From Desulfurococcales archaeon (GTDB lineage Archaea > Thermoproteota > Thermoprotei_A > Sulfolobales > Desulfurococcaceae): a DNA stretch of 64,000 nucleotides. The notes beneath the pieces are model-generated. The model had not been told where the DNA came from and did no database searches. It worked only from the letters and a program-made list of their open reading frames with translations. The position numbers were made by a program, and so were the translations under genes. This document shows, piece after piece, positions 17,972 to 27,836 of this stretch. The first letter of the stretch is position 1; every line of letters begins with the position of its first letter. The DNA lies in assembly GCA_027022365.1 (NCBI GenBank), contig JALVYU010000011.1, positions 1-64,000 of the forward strand. The letters run 5' to 3'.

Positions 17972-19639
17972 TTATCTAAGAATATCTAATAAATCATTAA
18001 GATAAACCTCCGCTACTACGACGGGTCTATCGATCCCTAATTCTCTAAGAGTCCTAGGATGTACTTCGCCGACGAATCCTATGCGTTTATCATTATGGAC
18101 TATGAATGCTGTCCTCTGCTTCAGCAATCCATTAACATATCCTTTTTCAAATTTATGAGCCACACCTAGCCTATCAAGTATGGCGTGAACATATGCTAGA
18201 CCATCAGTCAGCGTAGCTTTTTCATGGCTTATCGCTATACCGAGCCTCCTCTCGATCCTAGCACCTGTCGGGCTCTCAGGATCGGGAAGCACAACGTCGC
18301 CTACCTCAAAGATCTTTATCACTGGTTCGCGCTCCTGGTTCTCTCTCACAATATTTACTAGGCCAGGAGTCAACCATCTTCTCAGTCCGGTATATTTCTC
18401 CATTTTGGGATTAAGCACCTTAATGATGGGTTTCTCCGAGCCGAACACTTTGCTTTGCATGTAATAGTTGCTCATCATGTAGTTGGCGACCTCGACGAAG
18501 CCGTAGCTAGCTGTTATGAGCCTTATCCTTCTAGATAAGAACTCGATTGGATGAATCCTCCCCGGGCCTTTCGAGGGAGGTATATCATACGATGTCTTAC
18601 CGATATTGTCAAGCCCATACATTATTGCGAGCTCCTCGATAATATCTATCTCGGTTTTAAGATCAATACGATATGGAGGAACTAGTGCTTCCAAGACATT
18701 GCCGGGCTTAATCCTTGTCTCTATACCTGACTTTAACAGTAGTTCAATACTTGTTTCTAGGGATAGCTCAACTCCTAGTACATCTCTAGTTTTTTCTAGG
18801 CTAATGTTTATTATAGGGCCTCTATCCCTTGGGGCTATAACGATCTTGCCTTTGTCCGTGATCGTGGAGACGTAGGCAATAGTTTTAGTTTTGCTTCTCT
18901 CTGCAATACTGGTTGCCATAATTGTTACCATATCAATGACAGTATCCAGATCAGTCCCCGTAGAATCTATCAGTATATTTTTGGTTTCAACCGTCACCTT
19001 GGTATCTTCACCATTAATTATCGGTGGCAGTGATAATATCTTGCCATTAGCATCTCTGATCACCGGATACTTCTCCCAAGAAGCTATCAAATATCCATAT
19101 TCTTGCCCCTTCTCAGTCCTGGATAGGATCTCCTTTAATGTTAGTTCTTTCTCTCCTTCGAGCGGGACTAGCTTGGTCTTCTCAGGATCAACCAGCTCAT
19201 AATAGACGGGCATTTCAAACTTATCCAGATCATAGACGCCTATACTAGCTTTTCTCCTTCTCCTGCCATATGTTATAGCAAGTTTTTCTTGGAGCTGCAT
19301 CATTTGTTTAACCGCTTCCTCGTCTAGCTCGAGATCCCTCACTACTGCGAAGGCAACATGTGGTCTCCGAGGAACTCCTTTGTTATAGGCCTTATAGCCA
19401 AGATCAACATAGTTGTATTTAGGTATCTCCATATACAAGAATGAACGAACAGCTCTAGCAACACCTTCGGCGCTATAAAGGTCGGGTCGGTCATGGGTAG
19501 TCTCGAACTCTATGGTATCATCCTCAATGACTTCGATCTCACACTTAATCCTTGGAAGAATATCCATTATTTCTTCATCAGATAGCTCTTTACCGACAAG
19601 TCTTTCTAGGTCCTTTCTCGATACCCTAATAACGGGCAA
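17972..19639 (-). CDS. pheT: Phenylalanine--tRNA ligase beta subunit
   Basis: DRPDLYSAEG, LQEKLAITYGRRRRKASIGVYD, SLPPIING, VPPYRIDL...DIIEELAIMYG and GEVHP. Confidence 0.96.
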   Translation of the reverse strand: MPVIRVSRKDLERLVGKELSDEEIMDILPRIKCEIEVIEDDTIEFETTHDRPDLYSAEGVARAVRSFLYMEIPKYNYVDLGYKAYNKGVPRRPHVAFAVVRDLELDEEAVKQMMQLQEKLAITYGRRRRKASIGVYDLDKFEMPVYYELVDPEKTKLVPLEGEKELTLKEILSRTEKGQEYGYLIASWEKYPVIRDANGKILSLPPIINGEDTKVTVETKNILIDSTGTDLDTVIDMVTIMATSIAERSKTKTIAYVSTITDKGKIVIAPRDRGPIINISLEKTRDVLGVELSLETSIELLLKSGIETRIKPGNVLEALVPPYRIDLKTEIDIIEELAIMYGLDNIGKTSYDIPPSKGPGRIHPIEFLSRRIRLITASYGFVEVANYMMSNYYMQSKVFGSEKPIIKVLNPKMEKYTGLRRWLTPGLVNIVRENQEREPVIKIFEVGDVVLPDPESPTGARIERRLGIAISHEKATLTDGLAYVHAILDRLGVAHKFEKGYVNGLLKQRTAFIVHNDKRIGFVGEVHPRTLRELGIDRPVVVAEVYLNDLLDILR

Positions 19640-19748
19640 CTGATACCCCTCAAGAACAAATCTATCTGAAACAAAAATCTACGGCTAACCCTATACTAAA
19701 ATCTATCACTACTCTGTATCAAAATAATATAACTGTTAGGGGAGCCTA

Positions 19749-20801
19749 TTGGACAATCATTCGCGGTTACATATCGTTTGGTGTGATAGCCTTGGTGCTA
19801 AATCGTTTTCTTTCGCTATAGAAACTCGTAAAGGATACATCCTAATTGATCCCGGTGCAGCTGCTCTTCAGCCTTCTTATCCTCTCGACCCAGACACTAA
19901 GAGAGAGCTGAGGAGAAGAGCGGTCCGTGAGATCGAGAAATATGCGCGTCGCTCGAAAATAGTCATTATAACTCATTACCATTATGATCACCATATTCTG
20001 CCTAGCGATAAAGATCTGGGCCATAATATTTATATGGGGAAGAAACTCTTTGTCAAGAACCCGAACATATATATTAATAAAAGTCAGTGGAAAAGAGCGA
20101 GGCTATTCTTATCAGAACTATTAGCCATGATCGGTGAAAACATCGGGAAATACCAGGAATCACCACCTGACATCGAATTACCTAACCCTACAGAAACATT
20201 AGATCATGCTCTATCTAAGGACTTCGGCGATTATAATATAAGGAGAAAAGAGTTACTGGAAAAAGGAAAAGAATGGTTCAGACGACTAATGAGACTATGG
20301 CTTGGTAACAAATGGCTTCGCGAAATACAGGCTGATCATTTCGAAATATATTGGGCTGAAGGCAGAATTATCAAGCACAGCGATGCAGTGATAAGATTTC
20401 TGGAGCCCTGGTATCACGGCATAGAATACGATAGGACTGGCTGGATTGTCCCCGTCATAATTGATATTGGAAATAAGAGAATATTTTATACGAGCGATGT
20501 AATGGGGCCAATAATAGAGGATTATGCCTACTATATAGCTGATTCTAAACCAGATATACTATTGCTTGATGGCCCACCTACATACCTATACCCGTTCATG
20601 TTTAACAAAATAAATTTGAATAGGGCGATAGAAAATATCCTATACATTATCGATCAGAGGCCCGGATTGATAATTTATGATCATCATCTATTGAGAGACC
20701 CGAACTGGAAGAAATATGTAGAAAAAGTGGTCGAATATGCAGATAAAAAGAAGGTTTTACTGAGGACTTGCCATGACATAAAGACTTGTTCTCCTCGCTA
20801 A
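19749..20801 (+). CDS. Metallo-beta-lactamase-fold hydrolase (UPF0282-like)
   Basis: DSLGAKS, IDPG, THYHYDHH, SDVMGP, DGPPTY and DHHLLRD. Confidence 0.85.
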   Translation: MDNHSRLHIVWCDSLGAKSFSFAIETRKGYILIDPGAAALQPSYPLDPDTKRELRRRAVREIEKYARRSKIVIITHYHYDHHILPSDKDLGHNIYMGKKLFVKNPNIYINKSQWKRARLFLSELLAMIGENIGKYQESPPDIELPNPTETLDHALSKDFGDYNIRRKELLEKGKEWFRRLMRLWLGNKWLREIQADHFEIYWAEGRIIKHSDAVIRFLEPWYHGIEYDRTGWIVPVIIDIGNKRIFYTSDVMGPIIEDYAYYIADSKPDILLLDGPPTYLYPFMFNKINLNRAIENILYIIDQRPGLIIYDHHLLRDPNWKKYVEKVVEYADKKKVLLRTCHDIKTCSPR

Positions 20802-22426
20802 TGAAGTAGTTCTTCCTTGATCCTGTTAAAGGCATCGGTTATTTTCTTCTCTTCATTATCACGCCATCTTAGCAGTTTCTCTGACTGATAGTACTTCCCT
20901 ATCATCTTTGGATCTGTTACTCCTAAACTGTAGAGTAGAGGCGCGTAGAGGCCAAGATACTCGATCGAGCCCTTTATCTTCCTCAGCTCTTCATACTCTT
21001 CAATGCCGAGTACGTTCATTATTTTTCTCGATGTTATAGGTGATGGTAGCAACGGCTTATCGGCCGCGCTGTCCAGGAGTTTTTCGGAGATAAGCTTGGT
21101 TGGACTGATTATGGGTTGTACTCCGCGTTTAGTGCTCTCTAGATAATACCATCCAAGCCTGTAGTTGTTGAAGGCTTTGACAGCTTTCGTTGCTTCTTCA
21201 TTGTTTTTGAGTATATGGTAGGCTAAAAGGGAAGCTGCTATGGCGCGGTTAAGGCTATCCCTGCTAATAGTGTCGAAGGTATCCATGTCGGTGTGATAGT
21301 ATTTGCTTGGCCACTCATTGAACATGGTTGCGGGTACACCGGTTGCAAGCGCCACATCGTGATCGCTTCCCATGGTGTATGGGTTGATCTCCCACTTATA
21401 CCTCGGTAGACTATTGCCCCCGAAGCTTGAAGCCGAGTTAAACACTGTGTATGCTGCTACCCATGCGGTAGCCGCTGGTCTTTCGTCGACGAATAGTGGG
21501 GGCGCGACAATTGATAGGCTCGAGCCTGTTATCCACTGCTTTGAGCCGATCATGTCGAGGTTTATAACGTATTCAGGCCTAATCTTGTTGAGAATAGGGA
21601 TCGAGCCCGTATATTCCGGTACCCATACAACTGCCCAGTCTTCTTCGTTTTGCTCCGATAAGTACTTTGCGATCGATATGAGAGCGGTGCTTCCACTGCC
21701 ATTATCATGGGCTCCTGGCTTAGGATGACATATATGAGCTATGAAGAGTATTCTCGGGTTCTTGCTGCCAACGTAAAGTATGGGGAGGCCCTTGTCGTGC
21801 CATTTAACTTTAACACTCCAGGAGACGGTTACTTCATGGCCTTTAACCAGTTTCTCAAGTATTTTTAGAGCGGCCGATGCCGGTATACCCACTACAGCCG
21901 GTCCTTTCGTGTTTCCAGGCTTTAGGAAGAGGCCTGTGTAGGGTACAGCTTCGGCGTATCTAGACCTCGTATAGTACACTATGAGCCTGGAATCTCTGTG
22001 TTTCTCGAATAAGGATGTTAATAGTCCTGTGCCAAGTATTGCTTCTTCGCCTTCTCTCTCGATACTTAGCTTGGCCTCTCCTTCACCTGCAGGGCTATGG
22101 GCTGAAACAAGGGTCGGGTGTTCATGCATGTCTAATTTGAGTAGTACTTCGTCTTCTTCTCTAATTTCGATCCAGCCATCAATGGGATCCCAAGAAGCAG
22201 GTGCTTCGAGGAATCCTAGCTTCTCGCCCTGCTTTACTTTGATCACCTTGGAGCTGATTCCATGGTCTGACAGAATCTCCCTGATGCTGTTCACTGCGTC
22301 CCATAATCCGGTCGAGCCCTGTAATCTATGGTACCATGTAATCTTTTTCAGAGAATCATAGGCTAGCCATGGATCGATCTTTTTCCTGATATTTGAGAGC
22401 GTGTCGTTTATGGACAAACACAACAC
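20798..22426 (-). CDS. M28-family Zn peptidase-like protein (DUF4910-type)
   Basis: AHICHPKPGAHDNGSG, VPEYTGS, NLDMIG, GSDHD and YYHTDMD. Confidence 0.8.
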   Translation of the reverse strand: MLCLSINDTLSNIRKKIDPWLAYDSLKKITWYHRLQGSTGLWDAVNSIREILSDHGISSKVIKVKQGEKLGFLEAPASWDPIDGWIEIREEDEVLLKLDMHEHPTLVSAHSPAGEGEAKLSIEREGEEAILGTGLLTSLFEKHRDSRLIVYYTRSRYAEAVPYTGLFLKPGNTKGPAVVGIPASAALKILEKLVKGHEVTVSWSVKVKWHDKGLPILYVGSKNPRILFIAHICHPKPGAHDNGSGSTALISIAKYLSEQNEEDWAVVWVPEYTGSIPILNKIRPEYVINLDMIGSKQWITGSSLSIVAPPLFVDERPAATAWVAAYTVFNSASSFGGNSLPRYKWEINPYTMGSDHDVALATGVPATMFNEWPSKYYHTDMDTFDTISRDSLNRAIAASLLAYHILKNNEEATKAVKAFNNYRLGWYYLESTKRGVQPIISPTKLISEKLLDSAADKPLLPSPITSRKIMNVLGIEEYEELRKIKGSIEYLGLYAPLLYSLGVTDPKMIGKYYQSEKLLRWRDNEEKKITDAFNRIKEELLH

Positions 22427-22471
22427 CCCGGTAAGAAGTATTATTTAAATTTAAATAAATATAACGTTGTT

Positions 22472-23059
22472 CTAGTCCCGCCGTCTCCTAGCCTTTACCA
22501 TTTCCAAGATCCTCTTGAAACCGCTATACTCACTGGTTTTCATAGCCATGTATACTAGCGATTCGGATGGTAGAATAATGGCGCCTAGTCTAGCCATATG
22601 GGATAATGTATAATGGTAATCAGAATCTATTTGTGAAGCCGTAGCATCGGGTGGCACATAGACCCTGTAGCCTTCATCTAGGGCATCCATAACTGATTGG
22701 AGTATACAAATATGCGTCTCGATACCAGTTATGATGAGCTGTTGTTTTTGGAGACCCTCAATGTAAGCAGCTATTTTCTCGTCGCCGAAAATACTGAAGC
22801 TCTTCTTCTCAAAGAACGCGGTCTTCTCGGGGATATGATCCTTTATTTCTCGAGCTATATCGCCCAGCTTTACTTGTTTAGTTATGATCACAGGCATTTT
22901 CTCCTGCTCTGCAAGACCTAGCAGCAATACAATGTTTTTAATGACTTCTTTACGTCTATCTATTATTTTCAATAGCTTGTCCTGCATATCAACGATTACT
23001 AGTGCAGCCTTCCTAGGATTAAACCTCACGTTATCACCCAGATAATACCTGGGTAACAA
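22472..23059 (-). CDS. Isochorismatase-family hydrolase
   Basis: IVDMQ, EKKSFS, GIETHICILQS and DATAS. Confidence 0.88.
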   Translation of the reverse strand: MLPRYYLGDNVRFNPRKAALVIVDMQDKLLKIIDRRKEVIKNIVLLLGLAEQEKMPVIITKQVKLGDIAREIKDHIPEKTAFFEKKSFSIFGDEKIAAYIEGLQKQQLIITGIETHICILQSVMDALDEGYRVYVPPDATASQIDSDYHYTLSHMARLGAIILPSESLVYMAMKTSEYSGFKRILEMVKARRRRD

Positions 23060-23114
23060 CGTTATTATAGGTGTTATAACCTATTCATGCCCCATTATTT
23101 TTTCGGTGTAGCAA

Positions 23115-23357
23115 ATGTCGGCGGCAACAATTGATCTTGGCGGCATTGTTGTAGGCGTTGATGATATGCTCGAGTATATTGATGAGGAGAGACGTAAATT
23201 AGCACAGAAGTATGGTGCACGGGATCTCGCCGAGCTGATATTCCTCATCAACTCAGGCCTCATACCGTTAAGTGATGTCATCTATATTAGGAATAGACTC
23301 CATATTCTCGACGAGATGGAGAAATCAGTTCTTGAGGAAAAAATAATGAGAAGATGA
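23115..23357 (+). CDS. Small hypothetical protein
   Basis: 80-aa ATG-started ORF with protein-like composition filling the gap between genes. Confidence 0.55.
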   Translation: MSAATIDLGGIVVGVDDMLEYIDEERRKLAQKYGARDLAELIFLINSGLIPLSDVIYIRNRLHILDEMEKSVLEEKIMRR

Positions 23358-23417
23358 TCAGTCTCAGTAATGATTACTTCAGTGTTAGGTCAAAGACACC
23401 ATATTTTATTCTGATAC

Positions 23418-23843
23418 ATGGATAGTATCATACTGGTGTTACCTATGATTATCGGAAAAGGTCCTTGCGGAGAAAAGATCGGATATTATGAACTCGTCGA
23501 AGAACAAAAAGTACCTGATGATATGGGTACACAAACTTTTGTTAGGTGGCTAATCAAAGAAGATGATGGTGCAAAAGCATTCGCGATGCGTTTGTTCACG
23601 ATAAAGCCTGGTGGACACATCAACCTACATCATCATCCCTGGGAACACGAAATATTTGTTCTGGAAGGTGTAGGCGAGATCAGGATAGGTTCGAGAGTAT
23701 ACAGGGTTTCCCAGGGATTCTTCATATATGTGCCGCCGAACGTCGAGCACGAGTACTGGAACAAAGGAGATAAAGATCTGAAGTTCCTCTGTATGATACC
23801 CCTCAAGCCCACGGTTAATTCTGATGAAAAAATTGAGTGTTAG
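23418..23843 (+). CDS. Cupin-domain protein
   Basis: PGGHINLHHHPWEHEIFVLEG...VPPNVEHEY cupin metal motifs; start may be ATG 23445. Confidence 0.88.
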   Translation: MDSIILVLPMIIGKGPCGEKIGYYELVEEQKVPDDMGTQTFVRWLIKEDDGAKAFAMRLFTIKPGGHINLHHHPWEHEIFVLEGVGEIRIGSRVYRVSQGFFIYVPPNVEHEYWNKGDKDLKFLCMIPLKPTVNSDEKIEC

Positions 23844-24712
23844 GTGTATTTGTTTTGAGGATAGGAATAATAGGAACAGGAAGAATGGGCTCGGCTCTCG
23901 CAGAGTACTTGGCAGAGAAGAACATTGAGCTCGTAGTATATAATCGTACTAGGGCTAAGGCGGAAGAGCTGTGCGGGAGGATAGAATGTAGTGTAGTTGA
24001 GGCGCCCAGTAACATGGAGGATGTTGATGCGATAATAATCTTTGTTTTTGACGATAATTCCTTGCTGGAAATCGTGGGTGGGGAGCATGGCTTACTCCAG
24101 CTTAGGAACAAGGATATCCTAATAATGAACTCGACCACGATCACACCTACAACTAGCCTATATGTGTACAATATCCTGAAGAACGCGGGGTTGCATTACG
24201 TCGAATCGCCCGTATATGGAAGCAGGGATCAAGCTAGAACAGGCAAACTAATAACAATACTTGCTGGCGATGAGGATGACTTAGATACAGCTGAAAAAAT
24301 AGCTTCGCTGTATAGTCAAGAAGTGTTTAGGGTAGGCTTAGTCCCTACGGCTTCAGCGATAAAGTTGGCGCTCAACAATATAGGATTAGTTATGCCGGCT
24401 CTGATCGGGGAGAGCCTAGCTATTCTTGAAGCCTATGGGATTGAACACGAGAAATTCCTACGCATATCGTCTAAGCTATGGTTTGGCGAAGCAGTCAAAA
24501 AGTATTACTTGAGAGCTATGAATGAGAGACAAGAATCGAAATTCAGTGTAGCTGGAGCGGCTAAGGATTACTCGCTCATCGCTAGGGCTCTTCATGATGC
24601 GGGATATGTTGCTGTAGTATCGTCCGGTCTTGCAAACTACTATAAGGCTGCGGCCGAGGAGATGCCGGAGGAAGATTATCCTAAGGCTATGAGGCTCTTA
24701 ATAAAGGAGTAA
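23837..24712 (+). CDS. NAD(P)-dependent beta-hydroxyacid dehydrogenase (3-hydroxyisobutyrate/GlxR family)
   Basis: GIIGTGRMG, YNRT, ESPVYGS, IKLALN and KDY. Confidence 0.85.
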   Translation: MLGVFVLRIGIIGTGRMGSALAEYLAEKNIELVVYNRTRAKAEELCGRIECSVVEAPSNMEDVDAIIIFVFDDNSLLEIVGGEHGLLQLRNKDILIMNSTTITPTTSLYVYNILKNAGLHYVESPVYGSRDQARTGKLITILAGDEDDLDTAEKIASLYSQEVFRVGLVPTASAIKLALNNIGLVMPALIGESLAILEAYGIEHEKFLRISSKLWFGEAVKKYYLRAMNERQESKFSVAGAAKDYSLIARALHDAGYVAVVSSGLANYYKAAAEEMPEEDYPKAMRLLIKE

Positions 24713-24719
24713 AAACTTT

Positions 24720-25160
24720 TTACCTAACAATTATCACCGTTACGGGCGCATTAATAGCTATCGATAATGCCTTGCTTCCTAGGTATATTTCTCCGCTCAG
24801 CGTTCTCCCCCTTGCACCGAGTACTACGAGGTCATAGTTTCCATCAACTATTTCCTCGAGTATTGCCTGTGATGTACTTGACTCGGCGGGATTGAACTCT
24901 TTGGTCTTATAAGCTATTTCTACTCCTCTACCCTTGACACGGTTCTTGGCTTTCTCTATTGGGTCTACCTCGGGATTAAAACCTGTTGGCTTCACATGGA
25001 TTACGGTTACTTTTGAACCATAGTGTTTGGCTAGGTCTATTGCTAGGTCTAGTGCTTTGAGACTGTTTTCGCTCCCGTCGACGGGGACGAGTATTTTGCG
25101 GAACATGAAGCTTATCTCGTATGTGGGTGCTTCTCTATAGCTCATAATTTTCACCTCCAT
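24720..25160 (-). CDS. Universal stress protein
   Basis: KILVPVDGSENS and DLVVLGARG...LGSKA. Confidence 0.9.
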   Translation of the reverse strand: MEVKIMSYREAPTYEISFMFRKILVPVDGSENSLKALDLAIDLAKHYGSKVTVIHVKPTGFNPEVDPIEKAKNRVKGRGVEIAYKTKEFNPAESSTSQAILEEIVDGNYDLVVLGARGRTLSGEIYLGSKALSIAINAPVTVIIVR

Positions 25161-25185
25161 CTATATTCTAGGTAATTGTGGGGTA

Positions 25186-26238
25186 TTACGATTTGGGTAT
25201 GGAGAACATTTCGCGAAAAATACCTATTTTGAGAGTTTGATCAGTTATCCTTATCGACTCCTCCGGATTCTTGGCTAAGCCCATAACAGCTCTTATAGCA
25301 TCGATGTTCTCGGGGACAACTATAGATTCTTGGTGTACTGCCTGCATCAGTATTACTTCGTTACCAGAGACATGGATGCTGTCCTCCCATACTATTAGCT
25401 CTGGGACGTCGCTTCTCTTCCTGCCAAGATCTCGTGCGGCCTCAATTATCTTGGCAGTAGAATCTATGCCTGTCAGCTCTGCATTCACTAATGCTATTCT
25501 TCTCCTAGCAGAGAGAGCGTTGATTATGTCGCCTCTAGTCATCGGGTTCTCGAACTCTATGTTGACTATGTGGAGGTGCATCAACGTGGTTGGAACGATT
25601 ACAGCTGTCGTGACTATATTGAGATCCCTAAGCACAGTCTTAACATCAACGCCATGGTGACTTGGCACTGTTACTGGATTCGGCTTGATAGAGTTTATGG
25701 GGCCTTTCTTGTCTTCCTTAGGATCAGCTGCTCTTCTGACTATTGTTGCTCTAACTCTTCTTATCTTGTTGTAGGTATTAAGGCTACATAATAGCCTTAG
25801 TAACCCGGTTGTGTTGCAGCTCACTACTCTTATGTATTTCTTGTCTAGGCATTCATCGTAGTTGCAGTAGCTATTGAAGCTCGCATCGGCAATATCCGGC
25901 TTCTCTCCTCCTTGAAACAATGCTTTAACACCGTACTTCTCGTATAGGGGCTTATACTTTGCACCGATACCTGCAGGTGTAGCATCAACCACTATATCGG
26001 CTTCCCTAAGCATGTCCTCGATGGTTCCGGCGACACTGATCCCATTATTCTCGAAGAGCTTGACGTGTTCTCTGGATGTGTATATGGGTATCTTCATCCT
26101 ATATGCTAGTAGGGCGGCATAGTCAGGCCTCGTTTTAGCGATCCCTATGAGCTCCATGTCTGGCTGTAGCATTATTGCTTCTGCAACCCTCTTGCCTATC
26201 GTTCCATAGCCGTTAACTGCAACTTTGATCTTCCTCAT
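25186..26238 (-). CDS. gap: Glyceraldehyde-3-phosphate dehydrogenase, archaeal phosphorylating type
   Basis: NGYGTIGKRVA, VVSCNTTGL, PSHHG and HQESIVVPENIDAIRA; GGAGGTGA RBS before ATG 26238. Confidence 0.96.
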   Translation of the reverse strand: MRKIKVAVNGYGTIGKRVAEAIMLQPDMELIGIAKTRPDYAALLAYRMKIPIYTSREHVKLFENNGISVAGTIEDMLREADIVVDATPAGIGAKYKPLYEKYGVKALFQGGEKPDIADASFNSYCNYDECLDKKYIRVVSCNTTGLLRLLCSLNTYNKIRRVRATIVRRAADPKEDKKGPINSIKPNPVTVPSHHGVDVKTVLRDLNIVTTAVIVPTTLMHLHIVNIEFENPMTRGDIINALSARRRIALVNAELTGIDSTAKIIEAARDLGRKRSDVPELIVWEDSIHVSGNEVILMQAVHQESIVVPENIDAIRAVMGLAKNPEESIRITDQTLKIGIFREMFSIPKS

Positions 26239-26308
26239 AAGCGCTATCACCTCCAAGTATTCTAGTCTTAATTATAAAATCAATGAAGAGGGACCGACTA
26301 GGTGTGTT

Positions 26309-27559
26309 TTACCATCCAAGAAACATTGTTGCTGATAACTCTAGCGCTTTTAGAGCAGGCAGGGTCTCGCCAGACAGGAATAGCAATAATGCATTTCCAC
26401 CTGTCGAGACATGCACATGGTCATTGAGATGCTTTGGATCAACCATTGATGCCAAGTGCCCGCCACCTATCAGTACGAAGGCGTTGCTATTCACAGCGGC
26501 ATTGAGTAGTTCCTTTGTGCCTTTCCTGAACTTCTCGTCCTCGATGACTCCTGCTGGTCCGCGCATAACAATTACTTTTGCTTCCTTAATGAAGCCCTTG
26601 TACATATTGATAGTTGCTTCACCAATGTCCTTTATCTTACCCTTGATCCCGGCGACGCTTGCATTCTCTATGGTGCCATCATCTTTTACTATCTTGAAGT
26701 CTATGGGTGTCTCTATAGGTGCTCCCATTAGCAGTATGTGTCTTGCCCTAGGTATTAGCGATAGTATTCCCTTCTCCTCCAGGAACCTCATGTTCTCCTT
26801 ACCTATATTCACTCCCTTAGCGACGAGGAACAGCTGTGCTACGAGTCCTGTGGTTAGGATTCTATCGGCTGCCTTGTTTATTACCAGGTTCTCAATGACA
26901 CGCAGTAAGTCTCTGACCTTGGTTCCTCCCAGTATAAATATCCTCGGGCTCTCCATTGTCTCGAACACGCGTTTCAAAGCCTTGACTTCCTTCTCGAATA
27001 CTGGCCCTGCAACGGATGGCAGTACAAGTGGGAACCCCACTATGCTTGGTTGGCTCCTATGCGCCGTGGCGAACGCATCGTTTACGTATGCCTCGAATAG
27101 CGGTGCTAGTCTCTTTACCATAATTGTCATGCTCTGTTTCTCGGGTGTCGCTTCGAGTATTTCTTCCGAAACCAGTCTCAGATTATCGAGTAGCAGTACT
27201 TCTCCCTGCTTAAGCTTCTTGATTTCCTCCCTCGCAGTGGGACCTATTACGTCTGGTACGAACTTGACATCTAATCCTGTATACTTTGATAATAGCTCGG
27301 CGTGTTTCTCCAGCGTTACGAAGTCTTGTTCCCCCGGTCTCCCCTGGTGGGACGCAGCCACCACGGCTGCATTGTATTGCTCTACGAGCGTTCTGATTGT
27401 CTCGGCATGAACCCTTATCCTGCGGTCATCTAGTATCTTTCCAGTGTCCGGATCAATGGGCACGTTAATGTCTATTCTTAGAAATATCTTCCTCCCTGTT
27501 ATATCAAAATCCTTTAAGGTCGGGATCCTGGGTAATTTTAGGCCGTTCATCCGCATCAC
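26309..27559 (-). CDS. pgk: Phosphoglycerate kinase
   Basis: RIDINVP, SHQGRPG, NDAFATAHRSQPS, GGGHL and STGG. Confidence 0.96.
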   Translation of the reverse strand: MMRMNGLKLPRIPTLKDFDITGRKIFLRIDINVPIDPDTGKILDDRRIRVHAETIRTLVEQYNAAVVAASHQGRPGEQDFVTLEKHAELLSKYTGLDVKFVPDVIGPTAREEIKKLKQGEVLLLDNLRLVSEEILEATPEKQSMTIMVKRLAPLFEAYVNDAFATAHRSQPSIVGFPLVLPSVAGPVFEKEVKALKRVFETMESPRIFILGGTKVRDLLRVIENLVINKAADRILTTGLVAQLFLVAKGVNIGKENMRFLEEKGILSLIPRARHILLMGAPIETPIDFKIVKDDGTIENASVAGIKGKIKDIGEATINMYKGFIKEAKVIVMRGPAGVIEDEKFRKGTKELLNAAVNSNAFVLIGGGHLASMVDPKHLNDHVHVSTGGNALLLFLSGETLPALKALELSATMFLGW

Positions 27560-27836
27560 CTCCTTCTTTTGAAAATGATTTTGAGAAAATTATCTCAATA
27601 CCACTTATTCTAGAATTGAGTACTGAACTTATTAATTTACTTCTTAAAAAATTAAAATAGTTATTTAAAGTTCTATGATGAGACACTTTTTCCGGTCCAG
27701 ATCTGTCTTCATAGTGGGAGAAACCTCCCACAAAAGATTACTATTTAACTCTGTATAGGCTCTCATTAAATTCTGTTGGCATACTGAAACTTTTTCTCTG
27801 AGAAAAGAATAAAAATAAATAAAAATGTTGAGACAA

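Noticed and set aside
22441-22458. Perfect 18-bp palindrome TTATTTAAATTTAAATAA
   Set aside because: Pure A/T low complexity in a promoter/terminator gap; not distinguishable from TATA or terminator sequence
26283-27410. 375-aa plus-strand ORF antisense to pgk, and many similar shadow ORFs (e.g. 812-1399, 9949-10476, 31512-32093, 50775-51347)
   Set aside because: They lie entirely opposite well-supported genes and have Ser/Ile/Pro-rich compositions typical of antisense frames, with no motifs
27560-27836. Possible replication origin
   Set aside because: AT-rich, but no recognisable ORB repeats and no adjacent cdc6/orc1 or whiP gene
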